Counted from the stretch's first letter, positions 31,949 to 42,659 are shown. The stretch: 64,000 bases of DNA from an uncultured Bacillota bacterium (GCA_946611195.1 CAMODB010000001.1:33122-97121), one strand, 5' to 3'. Numbers and translations: made by a program. The notes: a model not told the origin generated them from the sequence alone.

Positions 31949-34000
31949 TTAATCTAATTCACTCATCTTCATTTCATAATTATGATGAACAACATCAAAG
32001 AGATGTTTAAATTCAATATTATCTGTTAATTCGTTAGTTTTCATGATTTGTTCAGAATCAAGTATTACTTCATTTAATAATTCATGATCTTTTAAAATAT
32101 TAGCATATTTAAAATTCATTGCCCCAGCTTGTTTTTCACCAAAGAATTCACCAGGACCACGGTGTAATAAATCATATTCAGCTAAAACAAATCCATCACT
32201 TGTATCTTCAACCATCTTTAGTCTTGATTGCGCATTATCATTTAAATTCTCTGGTATTAAGAAACAATAGGGAACAGAACCACTACGCATTACCCGACCT
32301 CTTAATTGATGAAGGGTTGCGACACCAAATCTTTCCGCACCAAGGATTAGAATCGTTGTTGCATTAGAAACATTAACCCCAACTTCGATAACGGAAGTAG
32401 CGACTAAGATATTAATCTTATTTTCTAAGAATTTTTCCATGATATCTTCTTTTTCTTCACTAGATAATTTTCCATGGATTAAACCAACTGTAGCTGTTCC
32501 TTTAAAATATCGAGCCATCTTTTCATATACTTCGGTTGCGTTAGCAGTATCAATCGCTTCACTTTCTTCAATTAAAGGAGTTACAACATAAATTTGATGA
32601 CCCACTTTTAATTCTTCTTTCATATGATTTAAAACATCTTTTTTATGTTCTTGATCAATTAATTTGGTGATTACTTGTTTACGAATTGAAGGTAAAGTCT
32701 TAATAACAGAAATATCGGTATCCCCATAAGCACTTATCGCAAGCGTTCTAGGAATAGGGGTAGCACTCATTTTTAAATAATTAACACTGAATCCTTTATT
32801 TTTAATTAAGACTCTTTGATGAACACCAAAACGATGTTCTTCATCAGTTACAACAAGGCCTAATTTTTCATATTCCACATCGCTTTGGAATAACGCATGT
32901 GTACCAATGATGACATTAATCTTACCATTTCTTAAATCATTAATGATTTCTTTTCTTTTAATTAAAGATGTTGAACCAGTAAGTAAACCAATATTAACAT
33001 TAGGAAAATTTTTATATGTTTCTTTTAAAGTTTCAAAATGTTGATTTGATAAGATTTCAGTTGGACACATTAAAGCGGCTTGATAACCACCACTAACAGT
33101 AGCTAAGATTGCTGTTTCCGCAACAATTGTTTTACCACTACCTACTTCTCCTTGTAAGAGTCTATTCATGGCGTAAGGAGCTTTTAAATCATGTAAGATA
33201 TCATCAATTGCTGTTTTTTGATCAGGTGTCAATTCATAAGGAAGATTTTTAATTAAAGAATTAACCATTGTTTCATCATAATTAATTTGCGGGCAATTAT
33301 GATCCATTTCCCGCATATGATGGAGATATTTCATCGATAATTGATATTCTAATAATTCTTCATATTTAATTCTTCTTAATGCTTGATTAATTTCTTCATA
33401 GTTATCCGCAAAATGTAATTTCTTTAATGTTTCATCCATAGAAATTAAATTATGTTCACTTAAATATTTAACAGGAAGGGTTTCTTCAATTAAATTATGA
33501 TATCTACGATATACTTTTTCCACAATCGTTAAATATTTTTCCGCAGCTATTTCTTTTATTTTATAAATAGGAACAATCGTTCTATTTATTTCATCACAAA
33601 TAATTAAATTGTTAACAGTAAAATTAAAGAAGTTTTGATAGAAATGACCTTGGACTCTAATAACCGAACCATAATTAATTCGACCCTTTAGATAGACCCG
33701 ATTAAATAATGTACATCTAATCTTTTTATCTTCAACATCCAGCATGAAAACCACAGTTGATAATTTTGATTTTAAATAATTAACTGTTACTTTACTAGAT
33801 ACCATACCTTCTAAAACAATATTTTGATCTAATTCAACACCATCGAGAGTATTAACATTATAATCTTCATATTTAGTAGGGAAATTATAAAGTATATCAT
33901 AAGCTGTTTCAATTCCTTGTTTTTTAAGAACAGTCCGATATCTAGATAAGATATATTCTTCATTAGCTAAATTAATATCTTGAAGTTTCATTTCCATCAC
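31949..34000 (-). CDS. recG: ATP-dependent DNA helicase RecG
   Basis: GEVGSGKT Walker A, DEEHRFG Walker B/DExH, N-terminal wedge domain, 683 aa; adjacent to fakA as in Bacillus. Confidence 0.93.
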   Translation of the reverse strand: MMEMKLQDINLANEEYILSRYRTVLKKQGIETAYDILYNFPTKYEDYNVNTLDGVELDQNIVLEGMVSSKVTVNYLKSKLSTVVFMLDVEDKKIRCTLFNRVYLKGRINYGSVIRVQGHFYQNFFNFTVNNLIICDEINRTIVPIYKIKEIAAEKYLTIVEKVYRRYHNLIEETLPVKYLSEHNLISMDETLKKLHFADNYEEINQALRRIKYEELLEYQLSMKYLHHMREMDHNCPQINYDETMVNSLIKNLPYELTPDQKTAIDDILHDLKAPYAMNRLLQGEVGSGKTIVAETAILATVSGGYQAALMCPTEILSNQHFETLKETYKNFPNVNIGLLTGSTSLIKRKEIINDLRNGKINVIIGTHALFQSDVEYEKLGLVVTDEEHRFGVHQRVLIKNKGFSVNYLKMSATPIPRTLAISAYGDTDISVIKTLPSIRKQVITKLIDQEHKKDVLNHMKEELKVGHQIYVVTPLIEESEAIDTANATEVYEKMARYFKGTATVGLIHGKLSSEEKEDIMEKFLENKINILVATSVIEVGVNVSNATTILILGAERFGVATLHQLRGRVMRSGSVPYCFLIPENLNDNAQSRLKMVEDTSDGFVLAEYDLLHRGPGEFFGEKQAGAMNFKYANILKDHELLNEVILDSEQIMKTNELTDNIEFKHLFDVVHHNYEMKMSELD

Positions 34001-34050
34001 CTCCTTTTTTTAAACAAAATAGAGCTAATTATAGCTCTATTTTCTTTTTT

Positions 34051-35742
34051 TTATTCAATGGAGAAAATATAACTATAAACGTCTTGTCCGCCATCGATAA
34101 TATCGATTTCGACATTCTTATAACGTTCATTGATATATGTTTTAACACTATCGACTTCTTCTTTAGTTACATCTTTACCAAAAATTACGGTAACAATTTC
34201 TTTTTCTTCGATATCACTATTTGTAAGTAAACCTTTAACAGCTTCTAATCTTGTTGGATTAGCATTAACGATTTTACCATTACATATACCAATATAATCA
34301 TCTTTCTTAATTGTTACATTTTCAAATTCCGTATCACGAATTGAATAAGTAATTAAACCAGTTGTTACATTACTGATTACATCTTTAATTTCGCTTAAAA
34401 TAGTATCAGGATCTTCACTACTTAGATCTAGCATTGTTAAAGCTGAATAGCCTTGAGCTAAAGTCTTAGTTGGAACAACAATGATTTTCGCATCCTTATA
34501 ATATTTACCAGCTTGTTCAGCTGTTAAAACAATATTTGAATTATTAGGGAATACTAAGATATATTCCGCATTGATTAAATCAAAGCCTTTAACAAAATCT
34601 TCAGCAGCTGGATTCATACTTTGTCCACCAGATACTACATAATCAGCACCCATTTCTTTAAAGGTATTAGTTAGACCATCACCTGTTGCGACAGCGACAA
34701 TACCGAATTTCTTTCTTTCTTCGCTTCGACGCATTTCTTGACATTGTGGGCAATTACAACTAGCTGGATCTACTTTACCAGCCCCAACTATTGCCCCTTC
34801 ATTATGGGATACTTGCATATTTTCAATCTTAATGGTGATATATTCACCATATTCACGACAATGAGATAAGACAAGGCCTGGATCCATTGTATGAACATGT
34901 ACTTTAACAATATCTTCATCTTGTAAAGCAACAATACTATTACCAATGGTTTCTAACCAATCAGAAATAATTTTAATATCAAAATTAGGAATATCTACTT
35001 TAGCATATTGTAATTGAAGAATAAATTCTGTACAATAACCATATTCTAATGTACTATGAGCATTAAAGCCACTAGCATTAACACTAGGAGCTTGTGATAC
35101 TAAGATATCTCCTTCTTTAATTTCTTCACCATTAAGATATTTTTGCATACCTTCAATAACACAAATAAAGCCTGCACCACCGGAATCAACTACTCCCGCA
35201 TCTTTTAAGACTGGTAATAATTCTGGAGTTCTTTCGAGACTAGCTTTGGCTTCGGTTAAGAAAATATCAAAATATTTTTCTAGGGAATCATTTTTTCTAA
35301 TTGTTTTGAAAGCTTTGCTACTAGCTTCTCTTGCGACAGTTAAAATGGTTCCTTCAACTGGTTTTAATACCGCATGATAAGCTTGTGTTACCCCACTCAT
35401 CATGGCTTTTGACCAATCCTTAACTGTTGCTTCTTTTATATCCTTTAAGCCCTTATAAATACCTCTAAATAATTGACTTAAAATAACGCCCGAATTTCCA
35501 CGCGCTCCCATTAACATACCACGTGAAACTTGACGAGACATTTCATAGACCGATTCTTCATTTAGATCTTTAATGGCATTAGCTCCCGCATCAATTGTCA
35601 TTCTCATATTGGTACCAGTATCACCATCAGGAACTGGGAAAACATTAAGAGAATCAATTGTTTTATAATTAGCACGAAGATTCTTAGCACCAAACGTAAC
35701 TAATTGTTTATAAAGCTCGCCATTGATTTTAAAAGTTGGCAT
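34051..35742 (-). CDS. fakA: fatty acid kinase subunit FakA (Dak2-domain protein YloV)
   Basis: DGDTGTNM Dak2 motif near the N-terminus, 563 aa, divergent from rpmB as in Bacillus. Confidence 0.85.
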   Translation of the reverse strand: MPTFKINGELYKQLVTFGAKNLRANYKTIDSLNVFPVPDGDTGTNMRMTIDAGANAIKDLNEESVYEMSRQVSRGMLMGARGNSGVILSQLFRGIYKGLKDIKEATVKDWSKAMMSGVTQAYHAVLKPVEGTILTVAREASSKAFKTIRKNDSLEKYFDIFLTEAKASLERTPELLPVLKDAGVVDSGGAGFICVIEGMQKYLNGEEIKEGDILVSQAPSVNASGFNAHSTLEYGYCTEFILQLQYAKVDIPNFDIKIISDWLETIGNSIVALQDEDIVKVHVHTMDPGLVLSHCREYGEYITIKIENMQVSHNEGAIVGAGKVDPASCNCPQCQEMRRSEERKKFGIVAVATGDGLTNTFKEMGADYVVSGGQSMNPAAEDFVKGFDLINAEYILVFPNNSNIVLTAEQAGKYYKDAKIIVVPTKTLAQGYSALTMLDLSSEDPDTILSEIKDVISNVTTGLITYSIRDTEFENVTIKKDDYIGICNGKIVNANPTRLEAVKGLLTNSDIEEKEIVTVIFGKDVTKEEVDSVKTYINERYKNVEIDIIDGGQDVYSYIFSIE

Positions 35743-35866
35743 TTCATTTTTCCTTTCTTACGTGTATAAAACACGATTATTGTTATTATACAATATATTT
35801 ACTAAAAAATCAAGCAATATAATTCAAGCCAGAGTTTGTCATAATGAAAATAAACTATCTTTTTAA

Positions 35867-35895
35867 TTGACTAATCATTCGTTTTTTGTTATAAT
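35867..35895 (+). promoter_or_regulatory. rpmB promoter (TTGACT - 17 nt - TATAAT)
   Basis: -35 at 35867-35872, -10 at 35890-35895; the RBS AAGGAGG lies 8 nt before ATG 35946. Confidence 0.7.
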
Positions 35896-35945
35896 ATACG
35901 AGGTTAAATATCAAAATAGAAATATTAATAAGGAGGTACAACTCT

Positions 35946-36149
35946 ATGGCTCGTAAATGTTATGTAACAGGTACAGGTACAGTTACCGGTAATAACCGTT
36001 CCCATTCTTTACAAGCAACTCGTCGTACTTGGAAACCTAATTTACAAAAAGTTAGAATTAAAGATGATAAAGGTCGTGTAGTAAGAGTATATGTTTCAAC
36101 ACGTGCTTTACGTACGATGGCTAAGAATGGTTCAATTGAACGTGCTTAA
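35946..36149 (+). CDS. rpmB: 50S ribosomal protein L28
   Basis: [36 protein letters not shown] matches the bL28 consensus. Confidence 0.95.
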   Translation: MARKCYVTGTGTVTGNNRSHSLQATRRTWKPNLQKVRIKDDKGRVVRVYVSTRALRTMAKNGSIERA

Positions 36150-36156
36150 TTAAAAA

Positions 36157-36184
36157 AAGAAAGGATGCATTTATTTGCATCCTT
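36157..36184. terminator. bidirectional terminator rpmB/thiN
   Basis: AAAGGATGCA-TTTATT-TGCATCCTTT stem-loop with A/T runs on both sides. Confidence 0.7.
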
Positions 36185-36782
36185 TTTTGTTTTCTTCCAC
36201 GATGATTATTTTACCATCAATCTTAATTGTTGTATCAATTATCGAATAATTACTCGATGTATAATTAGAATTTAAAGTTAAAATTGTATTATTTAAATTA
36301 TATTTAGCACCTGTAATATTTATTTTTACATCATCTAAAGGAATAAGAGAGAATCTCTTATCTTTTTTTATTTTAATTTCCTTTTGACCTAAATATGTTA
36401 TTTCATTATCACTGATAATTTTTATATTTAAATCATCATATTGATATAATAATTTGAAAGTTATTAATTCATGGTCTATTCTTCCATAGACAGCATTATA
36501 AACTCTTATTTCATCCTTGACTTTTTTATCTCTTAAATATTTAAAAGCTAATTCTAAATCTATTTCATCTTTTTCCCTTGGATATTTAATAAGTTGTTTG
36601 ATATATTTAGTTAAAGAATTAAGATTATCAATATGATCAAAGTCTCCTACCGCAAGATCAATATTTAGACCTCTCTTAATAATTTCTTGACAGCCACTTT
36701 CTAAACCAATATAATAATCATTTTCTTTTATTTCATATTGGTCAAAATTATGATATGGACTACCAGCTACAATAATGATCAT
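36171..36782 (-). CDS. thiN: thiamine pyrophosphokinase
   Basis: GDFDHI (GDFDS-type) motif; 203 aa; rpe-thiN order as in Bacillus. Confidence 0.8.
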   Translation of the reverse strand: MIIIVAGSPYHNFDQYEIKENDYYIGLESGCQEIIKRGLNIDLAVGDFDHIDNLNSLTKYIKQLIKYPREKDEIDLELAFKYLRDKKVKDEIRVYNAVYGRIDHELITFKLLYQYDDLNIKIISDNEITYLGQKEIKIKKDKRFSLIPLDDVKINITGAKYNLNNTILTLNSNYTSSNYSIIDTTIKIDGKIIIVEENKKGCK

Positions 36783-37417
36783 AAATTTTTAACCTTATCC
36801 GCAATCATCTTTACATCATTATTAATTAAGAAACTACCCATGACAACCACATCCGTACCTCTTCTTTTAAGAAGCGGACTATTAGATAAATTAACACCAC
36901 CATCTACTTCGATTAAATAATTTAAATTATTTTGTTGACGAATCTTATTTAATTCTTCAATCTTATCAATGCTTCTTTCAATGAAGGTTTGACCACCAAA
37001 GCCAGGTTCGACACTCATTACTAAGACTGAATCGATATCTTTTAAATATGGTTTTATGACATCTATTTTTGTATATGGTTTAATGGATATACCGATTTTA
37101 CAACCTTTTTCTTTTAGTCTTTTAATTGTATCAGCTACATCATTAACAGCTTCATAATGGAAGATAATTAAATTAGCTCCTAAATCAATAAATTTATAAG
37201 CCATTTCTAGAGGTTTAAACATCATGAGATGTACTTCAAAAAAGAAAGGGAATTTTCTTACCTTTTCCATTATTTCAATATCTTTAGTAGTATTGGAGAC
37301 AAACTTACCATCCATAATGTCGAGATGTAATATTTTAATCCCCGCATCTAAAAATTCTTGTAATTTGTCATCATATTCATCTTCTTTTAGATTTAAAATT
37401 GAGGGAGCTATAATCAT
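36779..37417 (-). CDS. rpe: ribulose-phosphate 3-epimerase
   Basis: MIIAPSILNL...HLDIMDGKFV; 212 aa. Confidence 0.93.
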   Translation of the reverse strand: MIIAPSILNLKEDEYDDKLQEFLDAGIKILHLDIMDGKFVSNTTKDIEIMEKVRKFPFFFEVHLMMFKPLEMAYKFIDLGANLIIFHYEAVNDVADTIKRLKEKGCKIGISIKPYTKIDVIKPYLKDIDSVLVMSVEPGFGGQTFIERSIDKIEELNKIRQQNNLNYLIEVDGGVNLSNSPLLKRRGTDVVVMGSFLINNDVKMIADKVKNL

Positions 37418-38291
37418 TTTTCTTTTCCTTTCTTAAGTCGGTTATGAAATTAACATAATTATCATAGCGGCTTTTTAATATTATTCCTTTTTCGACTGCT
37501 TCTTTGACTTTACAATTTGGTTCATTAAGATGCATGCAGCCATCATATTTACATTTATTTTTTAATTTAAAAAATTCAATAAAATTATCAGCGATACTAA
37601 CTTCATCCATTTCCTTAAAATCAATGGTTCCAAAGCCTGGTGTATCCGCAATATAACCATTCTTTATTTTAATAAGTCTGACTACTCTTGTGGTATGTTT
37701 ACCACGACCCAATGAAGTGCTTATTTCTTTTGTTTCTAAAAATAAGGTTGGATCAAGCACATTTAATAGACTACTTTTACCAACTCCACTTTGACCAGTA
37801 AAGACACTTATTTTTTCATTTATTTCTTCATCTAAATAATCTAAGATATTATCTTTAGCTGATGTGATATAACATTGATAACCGATTTCTTTATAATAAT
37901 CAATAATCTTAATTAAAGATGGTTTTTCTTTTTCCTCTACTAAATCCCATTTATTAAAGACAATTAAGGGTTTAATATTATTATATTCTAAATTTACTAA
38001 GAATTTATCTAATAAATTTAAATTTAAAGCGGGTTCTTTAACAGAGAAAATAATAAATGCTTGATCAATATTACAAATGGAAGGTCTAATTAAATCATTC
38101 TTTCTTTTTTCAATATCTTCAATCACAACATTATCATCTTGTATTAAAGAATAAGTAACTAAATCACCAACCTTAGGAAGAATATTTTGTTTTAATTTTC
38201 CTCTTATGGAACCTATATATTCTTGGTTGGTCTTAATATCAATTAAGAAATAGCGACCACTAATTATACTTAAAACACGAGCTTTAGCCAT
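37377..38291 (-). CDS. rsgA: ribosome small-subunit-dependent GTPase A
   Basis: Circularly permuted GTPase (GQSGVGKSSLLN) with a C-terminal Cys zinc finger (CKYDGCMHLNEPNC). The 3' end overlaps the rpe start by 41 nt. Confidence 0.9.
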   Translation of the reverse strand: MAKARVLSIISGRYFLIDIKTNQEYIGSIRGKLKQNILPKVGDLVTYSLIQDDNVVIEDIEKRKNDLIRPSICNIDQAFIIFSVKEPALNLNLLDKFLVNLEYNNIKPLIVFNKWDLVEEKEKPSLIKIIDYYKEIGYQCYITSAKDNILDYLDEEINEKISVFTGQSGVGKSSLLNVLDPTLFLETKEISTSLGRGKHTTRVVRLIKIKNGYIADTPGFGTIDFKEMDEVSIADNFIEFFKLKNKCKYDGCMHLNEPNCKVKEAVEKGIILKSRYDNYVNFITDLRKEKKNDYSSLNFKSKRR

Positions 38292-39321
38292 TATTTATTT
38301 TCCTTATCCGTAGTTGACCACAAGCAGCATTAATATCATCTCCATGTTTCATTCTTAGAGTCGTATTAATACCATTTTTATTTAAAATACTAAAGAATTC
38401 TTCAGCTTGTTGATGACTGACTGTTTTATAAGGATTTCCTTCTACTTCATTATAAGGGATTAAATTAACATAGGCGTTTAAACCTTTGATTAATTTAACT
38501 AATTCTATAGCATTCTCTTTACTTGCATTAACTTTATCAATTAAGATATATTCAAAAGTAATCCGGCGATTGGTTTTTTCATAATAATATTTTAAGGCTT
38601 CTATTACTTCTTCAATTGGGTAAGTTTTATTAATTTTCATTATTTGATTTCTTATTTCATTATTTGGCGCATGTAAGCTTAAAGCGAGATTTACTTGTAA
38701 ATCAATCCCCGCAAATTCTCTTATTTTATTTGGTAGTCCACAAGTAGATACTGTAATATGGCGAGCACCGATTTCTAAGCCTTTAGGATAATTTAAAATA
38801 TGTAAAAATTTAATTAAATTATCAAAATTATCTAAAGGTTCACCAATACCCATTACTACAATATTGGATAATTTTTCCTTTATTTCATCTAAATAAATAC
38901 TTACTTGTAAAACTTGAAGAACCATTTCCGCAACATCTAATTTTCTAACCATGCCAAGTTTCGTAGAAGCACAAAAAGAACAGCCCATATTACAACCAAC
39001 TTCGGTTGTTACACAAATACTATTACCATAATTATGTTTCATCAAAACCGTTTCAATTAAATTACCATCTTTTAATTTAAACAAGAATTTTTTAGTTCCA
39101 TCTATAGATGTATAAACTTCTTCAACATCCAAAAAATCTAAATTAAAATTAGTTTCTAAATCAATGATTACTTCTTTTTTAAGATTAGTCATATCTTTAA
39201 AGCTTCTTACTTTTTTTCGATATAACCATTCCATAATTTGAACAGCCCTAAAACTCTTTTCTTTTTTATTAAGAAAATAAGAAGCTAATTCATCAAAAGT
39301 GTAATTATAAATACTTTCCAT
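38284..39321 (-). CDS. rlmN: 23S rRNA/tRNA m2A methyltransferase RlmN (radical SAM)
   Basis: CNMGCSFCAS radical-SAM motif; 345 aa; downstream of rsmB as in Bacillus. Confidence 0.9.
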   Translation of the reverse strand: MESIYNYTFDELASYFLNKKEKSFRAVQIMEWLYRKKVRSFKDMTNLKKEVIIDLETNFNLDFLDVEEVYTSIDGTKKFLFKLKDGNLIETVLMKHNYGNSICVTTEVGCNMGCSFCASTKLGMVRKLDVAEMVLQVLQVSIYLDEIKEKLSNIVVMGIGEPLDNFDNLIKFLHILNYPKGLEIGARHITVSTCGLPNKIREFAGIDLQVNLALSLHAPNNEIRNQIMKINKTYPIEEVIEALKYYYEKTNRRITFEYILIDKVNASKENAIELVKLIKGLNAYVNLIPYNEVEGNPYKTVSHQQAEEFFSILNKNGINTTLRMKHGDDINAACGQLRIRKINNG

Positions 39322-39324
39322 ATC

Positions 39325-40566
39325 TTAACCTACTCTTTTTAAATCACAGATATAAAAGCCATCATGTTTACTTGATGGTAAAACCTTTATTTCTTTTATT
39401 TTTTTATAATTTGGGTTTTGTTTTAAGAATTCTTCTATGGTTTCTTCATTTTCTTTTTTATTGATTGTACATGTTGAATATTGAAGAATACCACCTATTT
39501 TAAGGCTATTTTTGGCTGAATTTAAGATTTTCTTTTGTAAGGTGTTAATTTCATCAAGATCTTTTAATTCAAGTCGATATTTTAAATCTGGTTTATGATT
39601 AATTGTTCCAAGACCCGAACAAGGAACATCACAGATAATATAATCATATATTTTAGGATTAGGAGATGTTGCGTCAAAAAGATAAGCAGTAGTATTTGTA
39701 ACACCACATTTAATTAAATTATCTTTTATTTTCTTAATCTTGTTTTCATAAATATCACAACAATCAATGTGACCTTGATTATTTATTAAACTAGCTAGAT
39801 ATAAACTTTTAGAGCCTGGAGCACCACAACAATCTAAAATTTGAACATCTTTTAAATCATTTTTAGGGATTAATTCAAATAATGTTTCACTAACCATCAT
39901 ACTAGCTTCATCTTGACTCAATATTAAACCATTTTGAAAAAAAGAGGTAGCTATTAAACTATGTTTAGTATAAAAACCATGTTTAATTTTTTCATATTCG
40001 ATTTGTTCATTATCTAATAATTGATAAAAGGTGTCATCATTTATTTTTATATTATTAATACGATAACAATTAAGACCTTCATAATTTAAATAAAAATCTT
40101 TAATATGGTCTTGGTATTGATCATATAATAAATCAATTAAAGGATGGGGAATTGATAAAAGAATACTATAATAATCTTTAATATTCTTATTATCTATTTT
40201 TCTTAAATTCCTTCTATCTAAATTTCTTAATATCGCATTACATAATTTAGAACCATTATAATCGGTTTTTTTAATTGTTTCGACTAATTCATTAATAATA
40301 TAATAATCTTTTAAATTTAGATAAATTAGAGAATACGCCCCAATTCGTAAAATATTTTTTAGATATGGCTTAATCCGTACTCCTTTAGTATAGGGAGCCA
40401 TTACATAATCTAAATATAATTTCTTTTCTACTACCCCATATAAAATTTTAGTATATAAATTCTTATTTAAATCATTATCTTTTTTTATTCTATTATCGAG
40501 AACTATGGATAGATAGGCCTTATTATTAAAGATATCAATTAAATCATTCGCTAATTCTTGCCACAT
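39325..40566 (-). CDS. rsmB: 16S rRNA m5C967 methyltransferase RsmB/Sun
   Basis: N-terminal NusB-like domain; SAM-binding DCCGAPGSKS; catalytic DVPCSGLG. Confidence 0.88.
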   Translation of the reverse strand: MWQELANDLIDIFNNKAYLSIVLDNRIKKDNDLNKNLYTKILYGVVEKKLYLDYVMAPYTKGVRIKPYLKNILRIGAYSLIYLNLKDYYIINELVETIKKTDYNGSKLCNAILRNLDRRNLRKIDNKNIKDYYSILLSIPHPLIDLLYDQYQDHIKDFYLNYEGLNCYRINNIKINDDTFYQLLDNEQIEYEKIKHGFYTKHSLIATSFFQNGLILSQDEASMMVSETLFELIPKNDLKDVQILDCCGAPGSKSLYLASLINNQGHIDCCDIYENKIKKIKDNLIKCGVTNTTAYLFDATSPNPKIYDYIICDVPCSGLGTINHKPDLKYRLELKDLDEINTLQKKILNSAKNSLKIGGILQYSTCTINKKENEETIEEFLKQNPNYKKIKEIKVLPSSKHDGFYICDLKRVG

Positions 40567-41084
40567 AAATGATATCCTTTTCTTAAATCATAATTAATTT
40601 TATAAATTAAAACTATTCTAAATTCTTCTTTTGTTAATTTCTTTTTTAATTGATTAATAATTAAATCATAATTATCATTGGTATCTAATTGAATATAATT
40701 TAATAATATTTTATCTAATTCTGTTTTTGCATCATATTTAGAAATAAGCATTAATTTTTGATAATATTCTTTTAATTCTTCATAATTTAAATTAGCTAAG
40801 AAGACTAAGGAACTAACATTAAACGAAATATTATAAACTTCTTTACTTTCAAGATATAAATCTTTTAAAGTAATAAAATCATTATCTATTAAATTATATA
40901 ATTCTTTTTTGGGCTCTTTTTGATATAAGTTAATATTATGTTTAAGTTTATCTGTTAACATAGTTAATAAACTAAAACAAGAACTATTTTGATTTAAAGA
41001 ATCATAATGATTTAAAATTGAATAAATCAAATAATCTTTTTGTTTTTTATTTAGATATGTACTTACTTCTTCTGTTAGTTCCAT
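40551..41084 (-). CDS. hypothetical protein (177 aa), first gene of rsmB-rlmN-rsgA-rpe-thiN run
   Basis: ORF only. No recognizable motif and no TM helix or signal peptide. It overlaps the rsmB start by 16 nt. Confidence 0.4.
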   Translation of the reverse strand: MELTEEVSTYLNKKQKDYLIYSILNHYDSLNQNSSCFSLLTMLTDKLKHNINLYQKEPKKELYNLIDNDFITLKDLYLESKEVYNISFNVSSLVFLANLNYEELKEYYQKLMLISKYDAKTELDKILLNYIQLDTNDNYDLIINQLKKKLTKEEFRIVLIYKINYDLRKGYHLCGKN

Positions 41085-41163
41085 AATATATTTCTACCTC
41101 AATTACTATTATACACTAAACTAAAGTTTTTTTCCTAAAGAAAGAAATATTAACCTAAAAAAA

Positions 41164-41192
41164 TTGATTATTAAGAATAATTATGGTAAAAT
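41164..41192 (+). promoter_or_regulatory. lgt promoter (TTGATT - 17 nt - TGgTAAAAT)
   Basis: -35 at 41164-41169; extended -10 at 41184-41192; the RBS AAAGGAGG lies 6 nt before ATG 41219. Confidence 0.6.
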
Positions 41193-41218
41193 AGAAAGAG
41201 TAAAAAAAGGAGGATCTT

Positions 41219-42652
41219 ATGCATCCAGTGCTATTTCAAATCGGTGATTTTGAAGTCTCTTCATGGAGTGTTTGTGTAATCATCGGTGTTTTATTATTAA
41301 TTATCTTCTATTTAAGAGATATTAGAAGATTAGGAGTATCAGAAGCTGTTATCGACCGCATAATTATTGTCGGAGCTATTGCGGGGATATTTGTATATAT
41401 CGGTTGTAGCTTATTTGATACTTTATGGCATGCAATTGACATTGCGAATGAAACCGGAAAATTTTCTTTCTTCGATGAACAAGGACATTTAGTTGGTGGT
41501 GTAACTTTTGAAGGGGGAATCATTTTAGGTTTCCTTGTCTGGTTCTTAATCTTCCCGCTAGGAATGAAAAAAGATAAACATCATTCCCTTTATTATATGG
41601 ATAAATTAGTTGCCTATATTTTCCTTGGTCATTCCATTGGTCGTATTGGTTGTTTCTTAGCAGGCTGTTGTTATGGTAAAAGTACAACTTCTATTCTTGG
41701 ATTAATGTATCCAACTGATTATGGAACGATGAGAGTTTATCCTACACAACTTATCGAATCAGGCTTTTTATTAATCTTCTTCTTTATCTTTAGATTCTTA
41801 GTAAAGAGAAATCAAACAGAAAAATATCTAATAACTTATGGTCTTTTCCGTTTCTTCTTAGAATATTTAAGAGGAGATAACCGTGGTATGGTCTTTGGAG
41901 GGATCATTTCTCCATCACAATTTATGAGCCTAATCTTTATTTTAGGTGGTATTCTCTGTATCATCTTTAGAAGAATTGTTTATCATAAAGAGGGGAATGA
42001 TTTTGATAAATTAAAACAACAAAATCCTACTCTTTTAACTGATCCAGACTTTTTACAACAAATTGATCAAATGACAACTAAATATATCTATGATCATAAA
42101 ATCAAATTTCAAGGTTTTAAAGAAAGAAAATCCAAAGAAGAAATTGAAAAAGAATATTTACAAATTGATGAAGTCTTTAATGTCGATGATTTAAATATTA
42201 CAGCCCCAATTATTAAATATTATTTAACCATTGAAAAAGAAACTAAAAAAGATCAATTCAAAAATTATTTCTTCATTGGAGAAATGATTACTATCATCTT
42301 ATTAATTCTTAATACTGTTTATACAACTACTGAAGGAATAAGCGAAAATAAAATTATCAAAGAAAGTTCTACTCTTGTAGAAAATTATTTAAAGGAAACT
42401 TTACCTGATAATCTAGAATTATCTAGTTATTCCTTCCTTTATGTAAAAGATAGTACAACAGAAGAAAGAAATAATCATCTCTATTACCGCTATAACATTT
42501 ATGATAAAGATAATTCTACAAGTGACACTAAATATATCGAATTAAATTATAAAACTAAAGAAATAATTAATATTGATTATAATACTTATCATGATGTATA
42601 TTATACTTTATCTGATAAAGATTCTCATATTTTATGGCGTTATGTAAAATAA
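41219..42652 (+). CDS. lgt: prolipoprotein diacylglyceryl transferase with a C-terminal extension of about 220 aa
   Basis: The Lgt core (about 260 aa) carries the conserved YPTQLIES and GRIGCFLAGCCYG blocks. It is followed by a low-complexity hydrophilic extension with one additional TM segment. Confidence 0.75.
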   Translation: MHPVLFQIGDFEVSSWSVCVIIGVLLLIIFYLRDIRRLGVSEAVIDRIIIVGAIAGIFVYIGCSLFDTLWHAIDIANETGKFSFFDEQGHLVGGVTFEGGIILGFLVWFLIFPLGMKKDKHHSLYYMDKLVAYIFLGHSIGRIGCFLAGCCYGKSTTSILGLMYPTDYGTMRVYPTQLIESGFLLIFFFIFRFLVKRNQTEKYLITYGLFRFFLEYLRGDNRGMVFGGIISPSQFMSLIFILGGILCIIFRRIVYHKEGNDFDKLKQQNPTLLTDPDFLQQIDQMTTKYIYDHKIKFQGFKERKSKEEIEKEYLQIDEVFNVDDLNITAPIIKYYLTIEKETKKDQFKNYFFIGEMITIILLILNTVYTTTEGISENKIIKESSTLVENYLKETLPDNLELSSYSFLYVKDSTTEERNNHLYYRYNIYDKDNSTSDTKYIELNYKTKEIINIDYNTYHDVYYTLSDKDSHILWRYVK

Positions 42653-42659
42653 AAATCAA

